Assembly (NCBI GenBank): GCA_963710415.1
Contig: CAVQAH010000021.1
Span: 105,167 to 169,166 of the forward strand
Source: an uncultured Acidobacteriota bacterium
GTDB lineage: Bacteria; Acidobacteriota; Vicinamibacteria; Vicinamibacterales; 2-12-FULL-66-21
Direction of reading: 5' to 3'
Length of the DNA stretch: 64,000 nt
Position numbers and translations under genes: made by a program. Below are positions 44,395 through 55,226 of this stretch, in pieces. Below the pieces are notes generated by a model. The model did not search any database. It was not told the origin of the DNA and was given only the letters and a program-made list of their open reading frames with translations. Each line of letters begins with the position of its first letter. The first letter of the stretch is position 1.

Positions 44395-44541
44395 GCCGGC
44401 CGTCACTGCAACCCGCGTGCACAATGTCTCTGCCCTCAAGAGAAGGGAATTGCCGGTCACACCGGGCGTTCCAGAACCGGCCGCTTACGATTGTGAAAAC
44501 GGGCTGACGTTCCTGCCGGTGCCGGGAGTACCATAGCGTCA

Positions 44542-45468
44542 GTGAACCTTCCGCGCTTCCTCCAGGCGCTGGTGGCGTTGATGGCGGGAATCTATGTCAC
44601 CGTCGGCGCCCAGGTCACGCGGGACCAGCGCGTGCTCCGCTCGGGCGTCGATGTCGTCATGGTGACCGCCACCGTTGTCGACGGCGACGGTCGCCTCGTC
44701 ACCGACCTGCCCCGCGAGGCGTTCGATATCTACGAGGACGGCGATCTGCAGACCGTCACGCAGTTCACCCACGAGCGCGTGCCGATCGGCCTCGGGTTGC
44801 TCCTCGACGTCAGCGACAGCATGTACGGCCAGCGGATCGTCGATGCGCGCGTCGCCGTCGAACGCTTTCTGTTCGAGCTGCTGAATCCTGCCGACGAGTT
44901 CTTCCTGCTGGCGTTCAACCACGCGCCGCATCTGCTGACCAGGTGGACCAATACCCCGGATGTCATGCGCCGTGCGCTCGACGAGATCAAGCCGTCGGGA
45001 GGGACCGCCATCTACGACGCGATCCTCAACTCGCTGCCGATGATCAACCAGCGCAGCCGACAACGCGCGGCTATCGTGGTGTTCTCGGATGGCGCGGATA
45101 CCGCGAGCGACGCCACCGTCACCGACGTCCGCGCGGCGCTGCTGCGCAGCGACGCCTTCGTCTACGCGGTGGCCATCGACTCGCCCAAGCGCCAGCCGAT
45201 CAACACGCGCGTCAATCCGGCCGCGCTGAGCGAGATTACGAACCAGAGCGGCGGCCACACCGCCGTCGTGCAGGACGCCGAAGGGCTCGCCGCCGCCACC
45301 GCGCGGATCGCCGAAGAACTGAACAGCCAATACGTGCTCGGCTACTCCTCTGCGCGGGCCACCGACGGCAAGTATCACAGCATCAGGCTGAGCGTTCGTG
45401 GCGGCGGCTACAAGGTCCGCGCCCGCAACGGCTACGTGGCGGGACCGCTGTCTACCCGCAGACGCTGA
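44542..45468 (+). CDS. VWA domain protein (acidobacterial VWFA type)
   Basis: MIDAS DVSDS, GGTAIYDA, VFSDG, IAEELNSQYVLGY and RARNGY. Confidence 0.9.
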   Translation: MNLPRFLQALVALMAGIYVTVGAQVTRDQRVLRSGVDVVMVTATVVDGDGRLVTDLPREAFDIYEDGDLQTVTQFTHERVPIGLGLLLDVSDSMYGQRIVDARVAVERFLFELLNPADEFFLLAFNHAPHLLTRWTNTPDVMRRALDEIKPSGGTAIYDAILNSLPMINQRSRQRAAIVVFSDGADTASDATVTDVRAALLRSDAFVYAVAIDSPKRQPINTRVNPAALSEITNQSGGHTAVVQDAEGLAAATARIAEELNSQYVLGYSSARATDGKYHSIRLSVRGGGYKVRARNGYVAGPLSTRRR

Positions 45469-45471
45469 TCG

Positions 45472-45682
45472 CACGGGACGCGGATTGCACGCGGATCACT
45501 GAACGCGAATTCCCGGCGAAGGCGCGGCATGCCAGGTGCGACGGATCGGTCAGCGCTGGCCAAAGGCGCAGGCTGCTGATCAGGTCCGAGCCGCGCCTTG
45601 TCAGCCTGCCGATTCGCGCCGAGTCGTCCATCTACGCGTTCCAGGAATGCGTCTAGGATCCGCGTGCAATTCGCGTCCCGTG
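45472..45682. mobile_element. MITE/REPIN-like element with 26-bp terminal inverted repeats
   Basis: CACGGGACGCGGATTGCACGCGGATC at 45472-45497 versus GATCCGCGTGCAATTCGCGTCCCGTG at 45657-45682 (25/26 complementary); inner IR AAGGCGCGGC/GCCGCGCCTT. No transposase, so mobility is inferred only. Confidence 0.55.
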
Positions 45683-45690
45683 AAGATCGG

Positions 45691-46992
45691 TTACTGCCCC
45701 CGCGTCAACCGATAGAGCAGCAACGCCGCGCGCTTCGTCTGTGACGGCAGTGTCCGAAGATCGGCGGTCTCGTTGACGGTGTGTCCGCCATCGCCCATCT
45801 GGCCAATGCCGTCGAGGATCATCGGAACGTGCTCGGCGACGAACGAGACGTCGGCCGCGCCCGCCATGTCGGGGTTGACCGCGGTCACGGGGCCCGCACC
45901 GACGTCACGGCTCGCCTGGTCGTACAGGGCCAGCAATCGGCGGTTGCCTTCGGTGGGGGCGAGCGGTGGATAGCCCTCGTCGAACGTAATCTGCGAGCTC
46001 GTCCCTGGAAGCGACGTGGCGACGATCGCTTCCATGGCTTTGCGCGCGTTGGCGAACTGTTCGAGCGACAGCGCCCGCAGGTCGCCCGACACGATGGCGT
46101 GCTCGGCGATGACGTTGTCCTTGCCGAACGCCGAACCCCTGGCTTTCACCGTATCGAAGTCCACCTGCGTGCCGGCCACGACCGCCGCCGGGTTGAATGT
46201 CAGGTGTGCCTCGCCGGCCAGCTTCTCTCGAAAGGTGTTGAGGATCCGCGCCGCTTCGAACACCGCCCCGTACCCGAGGTCTTTTCGGAAGATCTGCGAT
46301 GAATGCGCCGGGGTCCCCTTGACCTTCAGCGTCCACGCCGTGGTCCCGCGGCGGCCGATGACGGCGGTCTTCGGATCGCCGGCCCCATCCTCGAAGCCGA
46401 TGGCTACCGCCGCGCCCTTCGCGGCTGACACCAGCGCCTCGCGAGCGACGCTCTGTGGGTCTCCGGCAGACTCCTCGTCACCGGTCATCACCACGGTGAC
46501 GTGCAGGTTGTCCAGCGCCCCGACCGCCGCCAGCGCCTTCAGGGCGTGGATCATGATCACGTCCCCACCCTTCATGTCGATGATCCCCGGCCCGCGCGCG
46601 GCGTTCGGCCCCACTCGCTCGAACTTCTGGAACGGACTGTCGGCCTCGAAGACCGTGTCCAGGTGTCCGATCAAAAGGATCCGCGGTCCTTTGCCAGGCC
46701 GCTCGGCGACGAGATGGCCGGCGCGATTGAACCTGGTGCCATCCACCCACGTAGTCTTGAAGCCGAGGCGCGAAAGCTCGGCGTCGAACAGCTTGCCGAC
46801 CTCGCGGACGCCGGCGAAGTTCTGCGTCCCGCTGTTGATGTTGACCGCGCGCTCGAGCAGGGCAAGCGCTTCGTCGTTGTGCGCATCCACGTGCGCCACG
46901 AGCGCGCGCTCGTCGGCGGTTAGAGACATTGATGGCTGGCTCCCGGCGAAGAATGACGCCGTGATGATGGCGGTGGCAAAGAATCGAAGCAT
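45691..46992 (-). CDS. M20 family metallopeptidase (glutamate carboxypeptidase G2-like), exported
   Basis: Motifs GHLDTVF, GPGIIDMKGG, GDEE, AHSS, GAADVSF and GGHT. Confidence 0.9.
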   Translation of the reverse strand: MLRFFATAIITASFFAGSQPSMSLTADERALVAHVDAHNDEALALLERAVNINSGTQNFAGVREVGKLFDAELSRLGFKTTWVDGTRFNRAGHLVAERPGKGPRILLIGHLDTVFEADSPFQKFERVGPNAARGPGIIDMKGGDVIMIHALKALAAVGALDNLHVTVVMTGDEESAGDPQSVAREALVSAAKGAAVAIGFEDGAGDPKTAVIGRRGTTAWTLKVKGTPAHSSQIFRKDLGYGAVFEAARILNTFREKLAGEAHLTFNPAAVVAGTQVDFDTVKARGSAFGKDNVIAEHAIVSGDLRALSLEQFANARKAMEAIVATSLPGTSSQITFDEGYPPLAPTEGNRRLLALYDQASRDVGAGPVTAVNPDMAGAADVSFVAEHVPMILDGIGQMGDGGHTVNETADLRTLPSQTKRAALLLYRLTRGQ

Positions 46993-47108
46993 GGTGTCCT
47001 TACAAGATAACGTTCGCGGCGCGGCGCAGCAAGGTGACACGTTCGTCCCAGACTGCTAGGCCCTTCCGCCGAGCAGTGTTACGCTTCCCGCGCCGAAGGA
47101 GGTAGCCG

Positions 47109-47849
47109 ATGCGATGGTGGCGGCGAGGCCAGCCGGATCAGGAACCGCAGGCCGTTGCGGCTGACATGCCGCTCATTCGCCTCGAAGGCATCACCAAGAT
47201 CTTTCGTGGGGATGCCGACGAGGAAACTCGGGCGTTGTCGGACGTGACCGTCGATCTCCGCCACGGCGAGTACATCTCGGTCTCCGGGCCGTCGGGCTGC
47301 GGCAAGTCCACTTTTCTGGCGATTCTCGCGCTCCTCGAGTCGCCGACGTCCGGCAGGTACTGGCTGAAGGGCAAGGCTGTCGATCGGCTCTCTCCTGCCG
47401 AACGCGCGCGCGTGCGCAATGTCGACATCGGGTTGATCTTTCAGAGCTTCAACCTGATCGGGGACATGACGGTCTACGAGAACGTGGAGTACCCGCTCAC
47501 GCTTCACGGTGCCTCGGCCGCAGAGCGAAAGAACCGGACGACCGACGCGCTCGAGCGCGTCGGTCTCGCCGCCCGCGCCAAGCAGCGGCCCGGCAGCCTC
47601 TCGGGAGGACATCAGCAGCTCGTGGCGATCGCTCGCGCCATTGCCGGACGGCCTCCAATCCTGCTCGCAGACGAACCGACGGGCAATCTCGATTCCAAGA
47701 GCGGCGAGACCATGATGCAGATGCTGGCGGAGCTCCATGCCGACGGCGCCACGCTCTGTCTCGCGACGCACAACCCCGACTACATAGCGCGCGCCCAGCG
47801 CCATCTCTACCTCTTCGACGGCCGCCTGGTCGACACGCCCGTTACGTAG
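47109..47849 (+). CDS. ABC ATP-binding protein, LolD/MacB-like (stand-alone)
   Basis: Motifs GPSGCGKST, IFQSFNL, LSGGHQQ, LADEPTGNLD and ATHN. Confidence 0.9.
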   Translation: MRWWRRGQPDQEPQAVAADMPLIRLEGITKIFRGDADEETRALSDVTVDLRHGEYISVSGPSGCGKSTFLAILALLESPTSGRYWLKGKAVDRLSPAERARVRNVDIGLIFQSFNLIGDMTVYENVEYPLTLHGASAAERKNRTTDALERVGLAARAKQRPGSLSGGHQQLVAIARAIAGRPPILLADEPTGNLDSKSGETMMQMLAELHADGATLCLATHNPDYIARAQRHLYLFDGRLVDTPVT

Positions 47850-50800
47850 CGAGGCCCTCGCCGCCCGCGGGCGCCACCCGTCGGCTGGCGAACCCGCGCA
47901 GCACATCGATGACAGCGGACGGATCGATCGGTTTCGTCAGGTGAAGATCGAATCCGGCGCCGAGCGATCGCAGGCGATCTTCCTCACGCGCGTACGCGGT
48001 CAACGCAATGGCGTAGAGCCGCGGCGCGCCCGACTCGCGCTCTCGTTCACGGATGCGCTGGATGAGGTCGTGGCCATCAGCCCGCGGCATGGCGATGTCC
48101 GCGATGAGGAGATCCGGCCGCTGCGCGGCAAGGCATCGTTCGGCAGCGTCGACGGACTCCGCTGTCTCGACCTCCGCTCCAGCTCCAGCGATCAATAACG
48201 CCAGCATGTCGAGCGCGTCTTTCGAGTCGTCCACGATCAGCACACGCAATCCGCTGAGGAGGCGCTCCGAGTGAAGGATGAGGTCGTTGCGCTGGCTGGA
48301 CACGGTACTCGCCCGCGGAAGCACCGGCAGCTGGACGACGAAGGTCGCACCTTTGTTCTCGCCGGCGCTCTCGGCGCGGATAGTCCCGCCGTGGAGCTCC
48401 ACGAGGTGTCGCGCAATCGCCAGGCCGAGGCCAAGCCCGCCATGCGCCCTCGTCGTCGTGCTATCTGCCTGCCGGAAACGATCGAAGACAAACGGCAGGA
48501 ACTCGGGCGTAATACCTGCGCCTGAGTCCGCAACGCGAATCTCCGCCATCGGGCTGGCCTTGACCATCGACACGCGGATGCTCCCTCCGGCCGGGGTGAA
48601 CTTGACGGCATTCGAGAGGAGGTTGCCCAGGACCTGTCCGAGGCGCGCAGGATCGGCAAGCACGTCACCGGCCGCTCCGCCGGTCGCAGTGGCGAGATCG
48701 ATGCCGCGTGCCTTTGCAAGCGGGGCAAACGACTCCACTGCGTTGTCGACGAACGAGGCCAGATCGAGGCGCGTCAGCTCGAGCCGGATCTTGCCGCTGA
48801 TGACCCGTGACGTGTCGAGAAGATCCTCGACGAGTTGGGCCTGCGCTCGCGCATTCCGCTCGATGGCCTCGACGGCCCGCCGGACCTGCTCGTCGTCGTG
48901 CGGCGATCGCCGGAGCACTTGCGCCCACCCGAGGACGGCATTCAACGGAGTACGCAGCTCGTGCGACACGATACCCAGGAACTCGTCCTTCAGCCGGCTC
49001 GACTCTTCCAGATCCCTGTACAGTCGGGCGTTGTCGAGCGCGACGGCCGCCCGGTGGGATAACTCTCGCGCAAGCGTGAGATCCGCGTCGGTGTAGTGCC
49101 GGCCGCTGCTCGTCGTCACCAGGCTCATCGCGCCGAGCGTCTGGCCGCGGGCGACGAGCGGAAGAATGATGAGCGACACGGGTGCGATCTGCTTCATCAG
49201 CCTGGCGTGATCGGCCGACCGCGCCAGTCCACGCAACAGCGACGGCGGAACGGTCTCGAACAGTGACGGCCCGCCGCGCAGCGCCCGGGCGACCGGATGG
49301 TCGCCGTGCGGGCGCACTGGAAACTCGGCGCGGACCGCGTGCACCAGCGCCTGAATCTCCGGTGTTCGCGCCGCGACCGACGCCAACCGTAACGTCCCAT
49401 GTTCGAGCAGATCGACGATGCAGACGTCAGCCAGGAATGGCACGGGCAGTTGTGCCAGCGTGTCGACGATGCTGACGAAGTCGAGGGACGAGGTGAGCGC
49501 GGTGCCGGCACGAGCGAGGAAATCGGTCCGCTCCTCGAGTTGACGGCGCTCCGTCACGTCACGAATCAGGAAGACGACGCTGTCTGGTCCACTCGCGGAT
49601 GTTCTCGCTTCATACTGGCGTGATTCGGAGCCGACCTGGAGTGTGTAGTCGAACGACGGAACCGGTACTCCCGGCCAGGGCCTGCTCGAGGGCGTGCAGC
49701 GCCGGACGCGTCACGTCCGGCGGCATGACCTCGGTCATATGACGTCCGAGGAAGTGGTCGGGTGGAAGGGCCAGAGCCTCTTCCTTTGCCGCAGCGTAGT
49801 CGATGAGCCGGCCTTTCCGATCGACCCTGAACATCAGGTCGGGTATCGCCGAGAGCAACCCGCGAAGCTCCGCGGTGCGGGCCTCGACGCGGCGTTCGAG
49901 CGAGTCCGCATGTTGACGAAGTTCCGTGTCTTTCTGCGCGATCGCGTCGGCCATGGCATCGAACGCGTCCGCCATCTGCCCGATCTCGTCTCGCTGTTGC
50001 AGTTGAACCCGGCGCGTCATGTCGCCGCCTGCGAGCGCACGCGCCGCGCTGCCCACGTCGTTCAAGGGCCGTGACAAGCGCCGGGCAAAACCCACCGCCA
50101 GAATGAGCGCCAGGAGGCCTGTCGCCACCGCGACCCCGACATTCCGACGGCTCAGCACGTCGACCTGTGCCAGCACCGCGGCTTCCGGCACGATGATGGC
50201 GTATGTCCAGCGCCGATCGCGCATCGGTGCGGTGGCGACCTGCTGCAAGCCCGCGCCCAGATCAATGCGCACGATCGGATCGCTGCGATCGTCGTACATC
50301 AGCCAGCGGGCGCGCTGCACGAGCGAGTCCGCGCCAGCCGCGCGCGACACCAGCGCCGCCGTGCCTGGTCCGTACCGTTGCTCGGCAATCAGACGATCGC
50401 GGGTGAACTTCGGGAGGCTCGCGAGCGGCCGGAAGCGCCGATCCGGGGACGCCGGGCTGCTGATGACGATGCCGAGTTCATCCCACAGCACGCCGTACTC
50501 GCCGAGCCCGCCAAACCCCGTATCGCCACCAATGAGCCGATCGATCTGATCGAGCGGCACGCGCGCGCCCACCACGCCGATGATGCGCTGACGGGCGTCG
50601 CGCACCGGTGAGGCGACGTGCATGTCGACCTGATCTTCGTCGGCGACATAGCGCGGATCGTGCGCGCGCACCTGCCCGGCAATGGCCGAGAGGAAGTACG
50701 GCGCCGAAATCTGGTTGCGGCCCACGAGTTTCGAGTCCGTCGACGCGACGATGGTGCCGGTGTAATCCAGCACAAAGAGCTCCGGCAGGCGCTTCGTGAC

Positions 50801-51112
50801 CTTGACATTGGTCAACAGGGCCCGCAGTTCGGCCGCACGGTCGTGGCTGGCGGGGTCCTCCAAGACGCTGAGAGTCGGTGGCGCCAGGGCAACGATGGTG
50901 ATGTCGCCGACGAGGTCGCGCAGGTATTCATCGAGAAGGACGGCGGTGTTCCGCGCGCGCTGGAGGTCCCGCAAGCTCGCGTTCGCAACCAGTTCGCGGC
51001 GCATCATCACGTCGCTGTACACCGTGGACGCGAACAGCGGAATGCTGGCCGTCGTCACGAGCAGAAGGCCGAGCTTGAGCGCCCACGGCCAGTCGCGGAA
51101 GCGGAGGGTCAT
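47842..51112 (-). CDS. Hybrid sensor kinase: TM-Cache-TM-HAMP-PAS-GAF-HisKA-HATPase-REC; frameshifts at about 49560-49660
   Basis: HAMP RDEIGQMADAFD, PAS AIPDLMFRVD, GAF LPLVARGQTLG, H-box VSHELRTPL, N-box NLLSNAVKFT, G-boxes, and receiver VDD...ADIAMP...KP. Confidence 0.88.
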
Positions 51113-52659
51113 CGCGACGCTTCCCCGCGCGGCAGGCGCACGAGGTTGTACATGAACTCAGGAACGAGACCCCGGGCGTCATCCTGAGGGAGGCCGCGGA
51201 TGCCGATGCGGCTGATCGTCACGCGGACGTTTTCGACGAGAGGCGCAATCGGCAGATCCTCGGCCAGAATCTCCTGCGCGCGGAAATACGCGGTCGCGCG
51301 CACCGACATGTCCGAGCTGCCGCCGCCGCGGGCCAGAACCGCATCGAGCTCCGCGTTCGAATAGCCCATGATCTGGCTCCCGCCATGCGATCCGAACCGC
51401 GTCGTCAGGCTGTCCGGATCGGGACCTTGCGAGCCGGCCAGCACGGCGAGATCGAAATCGTGATCTTCGAAGAGCAGCTTGAAATACTCCTGCGGCGGTA
51501 CGCAACGGGTGCGGACGCGCAAGCCGACCGAGGCCAGCTGCGTGGCAATCGCTTCGGCGATGACCGCGCCAGATCCGAGAGCCGAACAGAGGAATGTCGC
51601 AACGTAACCCGGGGGCACGCTTGCGGCGATGAGACGACGCGCACCGGCAGGATCGAACGAGGGTGCACGCGCGTTCCCGTTGTAGGCCCAGGCGACCGAC
51701 GGCGTATAGAACCCGGTGGCCGGCGCACCGAGTCCGCCAAGCGCGTCGTTCACAATCGCGCGTCGATCGATGGCCATATTGATCGCGCGCCGCACGCGCA
51801 CGTCGTCGAGGGGCCTGCGGCGAAGGTTGAGCGTCAGGTAGGTCCGGCCATCAGCAGGCGCCGTCAGCACCCGCAGCTTGGGCGACTGCAGCATCGCATT
51901 CAGCAGATGGGCCGGCGCTCTGCCCATGAGCAGATCCGCTTCGCCTCGCAGAAGGAGATCGGCGCTCTCTTCGGCCGTCGCCGCGAACCGGTACTCGACC
52001 TGGTCCAGGTACGGTCCCGGCCCGAAGTAGTCGTCGTTCTTCTCGATGACGATGCGCTTGCCAGGCTCCCAGAGTTTCAACTTGAAAGGCCCGGTACCGA
52101 TGGGCTTGAGGTTGGCTGGATGATTGGCCCACGCGTTTGCGCCGTAGATGTGGGCAGGCAGGATGGACGTTCCGTACCACGCGAATGACGGCAGGAAGGC
52201 AGCCCAAGGACGATCGAGTCGCACGACGATCACCCGGGATTGCGGTGCCGTGACCTCGGCAATTCGCGCGGCGACGTCGCGGTTCGCGGACTCCTGTTTC
52301 ACGCGAAGCAGCGTGAGCCTGACGTCTTCGGCCGTCAACGTTCTGCCGTCGTGCCAGCGCACGTCCGGACGCAGATAGAACGTGTATGTGAGACCGTCGT
52401 CGGATTCATCCCATCGCTCCGCAAGTTCGGGAACGACGTTGCCATCAGCGGAGAGAGAGATCAGGCGGTTGAAGAGATTGGTCGTGACGACGAGGGCGGG
52501 CTCGTCAGGACCGAGATTCGGGTTGAGCGTTCGCGGCTCACCGATAAAGCTCAACCGTAAAGTGCCGTCGCCTCCCCTGACCCCGCGCGGCTGCGCAGCT
52601 TGTTGCGCGCAGCCAGCAAAGATCACCAGCAACGCCAGAGCCGGTTTGAAGCGGAACAC
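51109..52659 (-). CDS. Family 5 (OppA/DppA-like) substrate-binding lipoprotein
   Basis: Lipobox IFAGC; motifs PELAERW, YTFYLR..VRWHDG, PIGTGPF and DVRVRRAI..AIDR; GTG start. Confidence 0.9.
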   Translation of the reverse strand: MFRFKPALALLVIFAGCAQQAAQPRGVRGGDGTLRLSFIGEPRTLNPNLGPDEPALVVTTNLFNRLISLSADGNVVPELAERWDESDDGLTYTFYLRPDVRWHDGRTLTAEDVRLTLLRVKQESANRDVAARIAEVTAPQSRVIVVRLDRPWAAFLPSFAWYGTSILPAHIYGANAWANHPANLKPIGTGPFKLKLWEPGKRIVIEKNDDYFGPGPYLDQVEYRFAATAEESADLLLRGEADLLMGRAPAHLLNAMLQSPKLRVLTAPADGRTYLTLNLRRRPLDDVRVRRAINMAIDRRAIVNDALGGLGAPATGFYTPSVAWAYNGNARAPSFDPAGARRLIAASVPPGYVATFLCSALGSGAVIAEAIATQLASVGLRVRTRCVPPQEYFKLLFEDHDFDLAVLAGSQGPDPDSLTTRFGSHGGSQIMGYSNAELDAVLARGGGSSDMSVRATAYFRAQEILAEDLPIAPLVENVRVTISRIGIRGLPQDDARGLVPEFMYNLVRLPRGEASR

Positions 52660-52741
52660 CCGATTCGGGGTTATATCACACGTCTCTGCGGCTGATGGAT
52701 GTTAGCGAAGGGTGAGGGGAGCGCGCTGGCCGACGGCGCCG

Positions 52742-55183
52742 CTAGGGCCGCAGCGAACGCGCGTGCTCGCGAGCGATCGCTTCGCGCAGCGTCTGGAGCG
52801 TCGCATCCGATCCGGTGAACAGACCCTCCGGATAGTGGGCGTGCGAAATCATGTCGGAGTAGATGCGATCGCTCTGATAGAGGTTCAGTCCGAGACCGGC
52901 AAGGTACTGCAGGCGCAGATTCCGATCGCGGTTGATCATCGCGTCTCGCATCCAGCCACTGAGATCCGGCCCCCGGCCCGCGTAGGTCGAGAAGAGATCG
53001 ACGGCCGAGTAGATGCCGATCTCCGCCAGCGACTGGGCGACGCGCGAGTACTCGGGGCTCGAGAGGCGCTTCTGGATCTCGTCGACGTTGATAGGGCCCG
53101 GGTCCATCTGCGCGAGCAGCACCAGGTCGTAGCCGCGCCCTTCCTGTGTGTTCCCCCAGACGATGCCGTTCGGGAAGGCCTCCATGAATGTCGCGATCTC
53201 GCTCTTGACCGCTTCCGTGTTGCTCTCGTAGAGCTGCACGAAGAGCGTCACGACGCCGCCGGGGTTCAAATGCGACTTGACGATCTCGAAGAACTCGCGC
53301 GTGTACAGCATCGCCGCGCCCTTGACCCACGGGTCCAGCGGATCGGACGTAATCGCGTCGAACTTCTCGTCGGTGGTCAGGAGGTAGTGCCTCGCGTCGT
53401 CGAGGTGCACACGCGTTTTCGGATTCCGCACGACGTCGAAGTTGTGTTCGGCGAAATACGTGGAGACGACCTGGGGCACCAGCGGCTCGATCTCGGCGAT
53501 GGTCAGTTGCTTCAGCCTCGGCTCGATCGACACGGCGCCGGCCGTGACGCCCGCACCGCACCCGATCACGAGCACGCGGCTGGGGTCCTTCGGAATCAGC
53601 GTGGTGAGGTGTCCCAGCATCCGCTGCAGTCGCATGTCCTGCGGCTCGCTCGAGGCCTGCACCTTGCCGGCGTTGTGATAGTTCAGGATGCCGCCGGGAA
53701 GGCGCGAGACGGCAACCGACGCGTTCCACCCCTCGCCCATGTAGATGATTTCCATCGGCTGGTTCGCGCGGGTGGCGGCGTAGCGGCCGTAGGCAACGAG
53801 GACGCGCGGAATCTCCGGCACATTGCGGGCGAGCAGCGCCGCGATCACCGCGCCGATGACGATGGGGATCGTTCCGGTTAGTGCCGACCGGCGGCGGCCC
53901 TCTTCACCCGACGGAAGCGGCTCGAGGACGAGCAGCGCTGACAAGCCGCTGATGATGATGAGCGCCTGTTGCGCGTGCTGGCTGCCGAGCCACGTCACCA
54001 GCACCAGGCTGCCACCGAGTGCGCCGACGATCGCGCCAACCGTGTTCGCGGCGTAGACGCCGCCGACGAGCCGACCAGGATCCTGCCCGTTCGACGCGAC
54101 CGCCGCCAGGGCGAGCGGAAAGCTTGCGCCCCACAGGATGGCCGCCGGCAACATCACGAAGAGACCACGGGCCAGATCGAGGTGGAAGTTGAACCAGGGA
54201 TCGACGGCCAGAGATGGATCGATGGGCCAATACGGCAGCGACAGCGCCAGCATGTAGGCCGCCCAGGCGATCGCGCCGCACAGCAGCATCTGTGCCCAGC
54301 CGAGCGCGACCCGCGGCCGCTCGGTGGTCCTGGCAATGGCCGCCCCGACACTGCTTCCGATGCCGATCCCGAGGAGGAACACGGCCAGGATCAACGAGAA
54401 GGTGTAGGTGGACGCGCCAAATAGCAGCGACAGCAGACGAGTCCAGATCACTTCGGCGGCGAGCGCCGTCATGCCGGACAGTGCGATCGCGACGTAGATC
54501 GACCACGCCCCGGCGGCAGGCTTCACTTTCTGCGCCGGCTCGATGACGACTTCGTGGGGCGCCACGCTGGCAATCGCGAGGGCGATGGCAGCGACGGCCA
54601 CGTTGAGCGCCACGGCCACGTAAGTCGCGATAGCCATGTCGTGCACGCGCAACAGGTAGAAACCGGCGAGCAGGCTGCCGATCACCGCGCCGCACGTGTT
54701 TCCACCATAGAAGAACCCGAGCCACGACACACCCTGCGGCGTCATCTGCACCCAGCGGGACATCGCCGGCAGCGTCGCACCCATCAGCATCGTCGGCGGC
54801 AGGAGGCAGATAGCGGCGGCGATGGCCCGGAGGAAGATCCCGGCCGAGCCCGATCCCGCCCAGGCCGTATAGATGCCGGAGACCAGCGGCATCCCGAACA
54901 GAACGAGGATGCCGATGACGGCGATGCCCAGCTCGAGGTACGCGTACACGCGCAGCGGATGCTGGCCGGGCCCTACGTATCGCGGGAGCAGGAGACTTCC
55001 GAGGCACATGCCGCCCATGAACGTCCCGAGGAGAACGCCGAGCGAGATGGCCGACGACCCGATGACGAGCTGAAGCAGCTGAAACCAGACGACTTCATAA
55101 ATCAACGCCGCGCAGCCGCTGCCGACAAAGAGCAGTAGCAACGCAGGCGTGTAACGTCGCGAGGAGGTCATGACCGCACCCAT
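52742..55183 (-). CDS. Fused multi-TM membrane domain / spermidine-synthase-like protein
   Basis: SGCAALIYEVVW, GATLP, YAANTVGAIVG; C-terminal VLVIGCGAGVT, EIEP, DDAR and FDAITSDP. Alternative start at 55171. Confidence 0.88.
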   Translation of the reverse strand: MGAVMTSSRRYTPALLLLFVGSGCAALIYEVVWFQLLQLVIGSSAISLGVLLGTFMGGMCLGSLLLPRYVGPGQHPLRVYAYLELGIAVIGILVLFGMPLVSGIYTAWAGSGSAGIFLRAIAAAICLLPPTMLMGATLPAMSRWVQMTPQGVSWLGFFYGGNTCGAVIGSLLAGFYLLRVHDMAIATYVAVALNVAVAAIALAIASVAPHEVVIEPAQKVKPAAGAWSIYVAIALSGMTALAAEVIWTRLLSLLFGASTYTFSLILAVFLLGIGIGSSVGAAIARTTERPRVALGWAQMLLCGAIAWAAYMLALSLPYWPIDPSLAVDPWFNFHLDLARGLFVMLPAAILWGASFPLALAAVASNGQDPGRLVGGVYAANTVGAIVGALGGSLVLVTWLGSQHAQQALIIISGLSALLVLEPLPSGEEGRRRSALTGTIPIVIGAVIAALLARNVPEIPRVLVAYGRYAATRANQPMEIIYMGEGWNASVAVSRLPGGILNYHNAGKVQASSEPQDMRLQRMLGHLTTLIPKDPSRVLVIGCGAGVTAGAVSIEPRLKQLTIAEIEPLVPQVVSTYFAEHNFDVVRNPKTRVHLDDARHYLLTTDEKFDAITSDPLDPWVKGAAMLYTREFFEIVKSHLNPGGVVTLFVQLYESNTEAVKSEIATFMEAFPNGIVWGNTQEGRGYDLVLLAQMDPGPINVDEIQKRLSSPEYSRVAQSLAEIGIYSAVDLFSTYAGRGPDLSGWMRDAMINRDRNLRLQYLAGLGLNLYQSDRIYSDMISHAHYPEGLFTGSDATLQTLREAIAREHARSLRP

Positions 55184-55226
55184 GAATCAGACAGGAAACT
55201 TGGATGCTATCACGTATGATGCGGGG

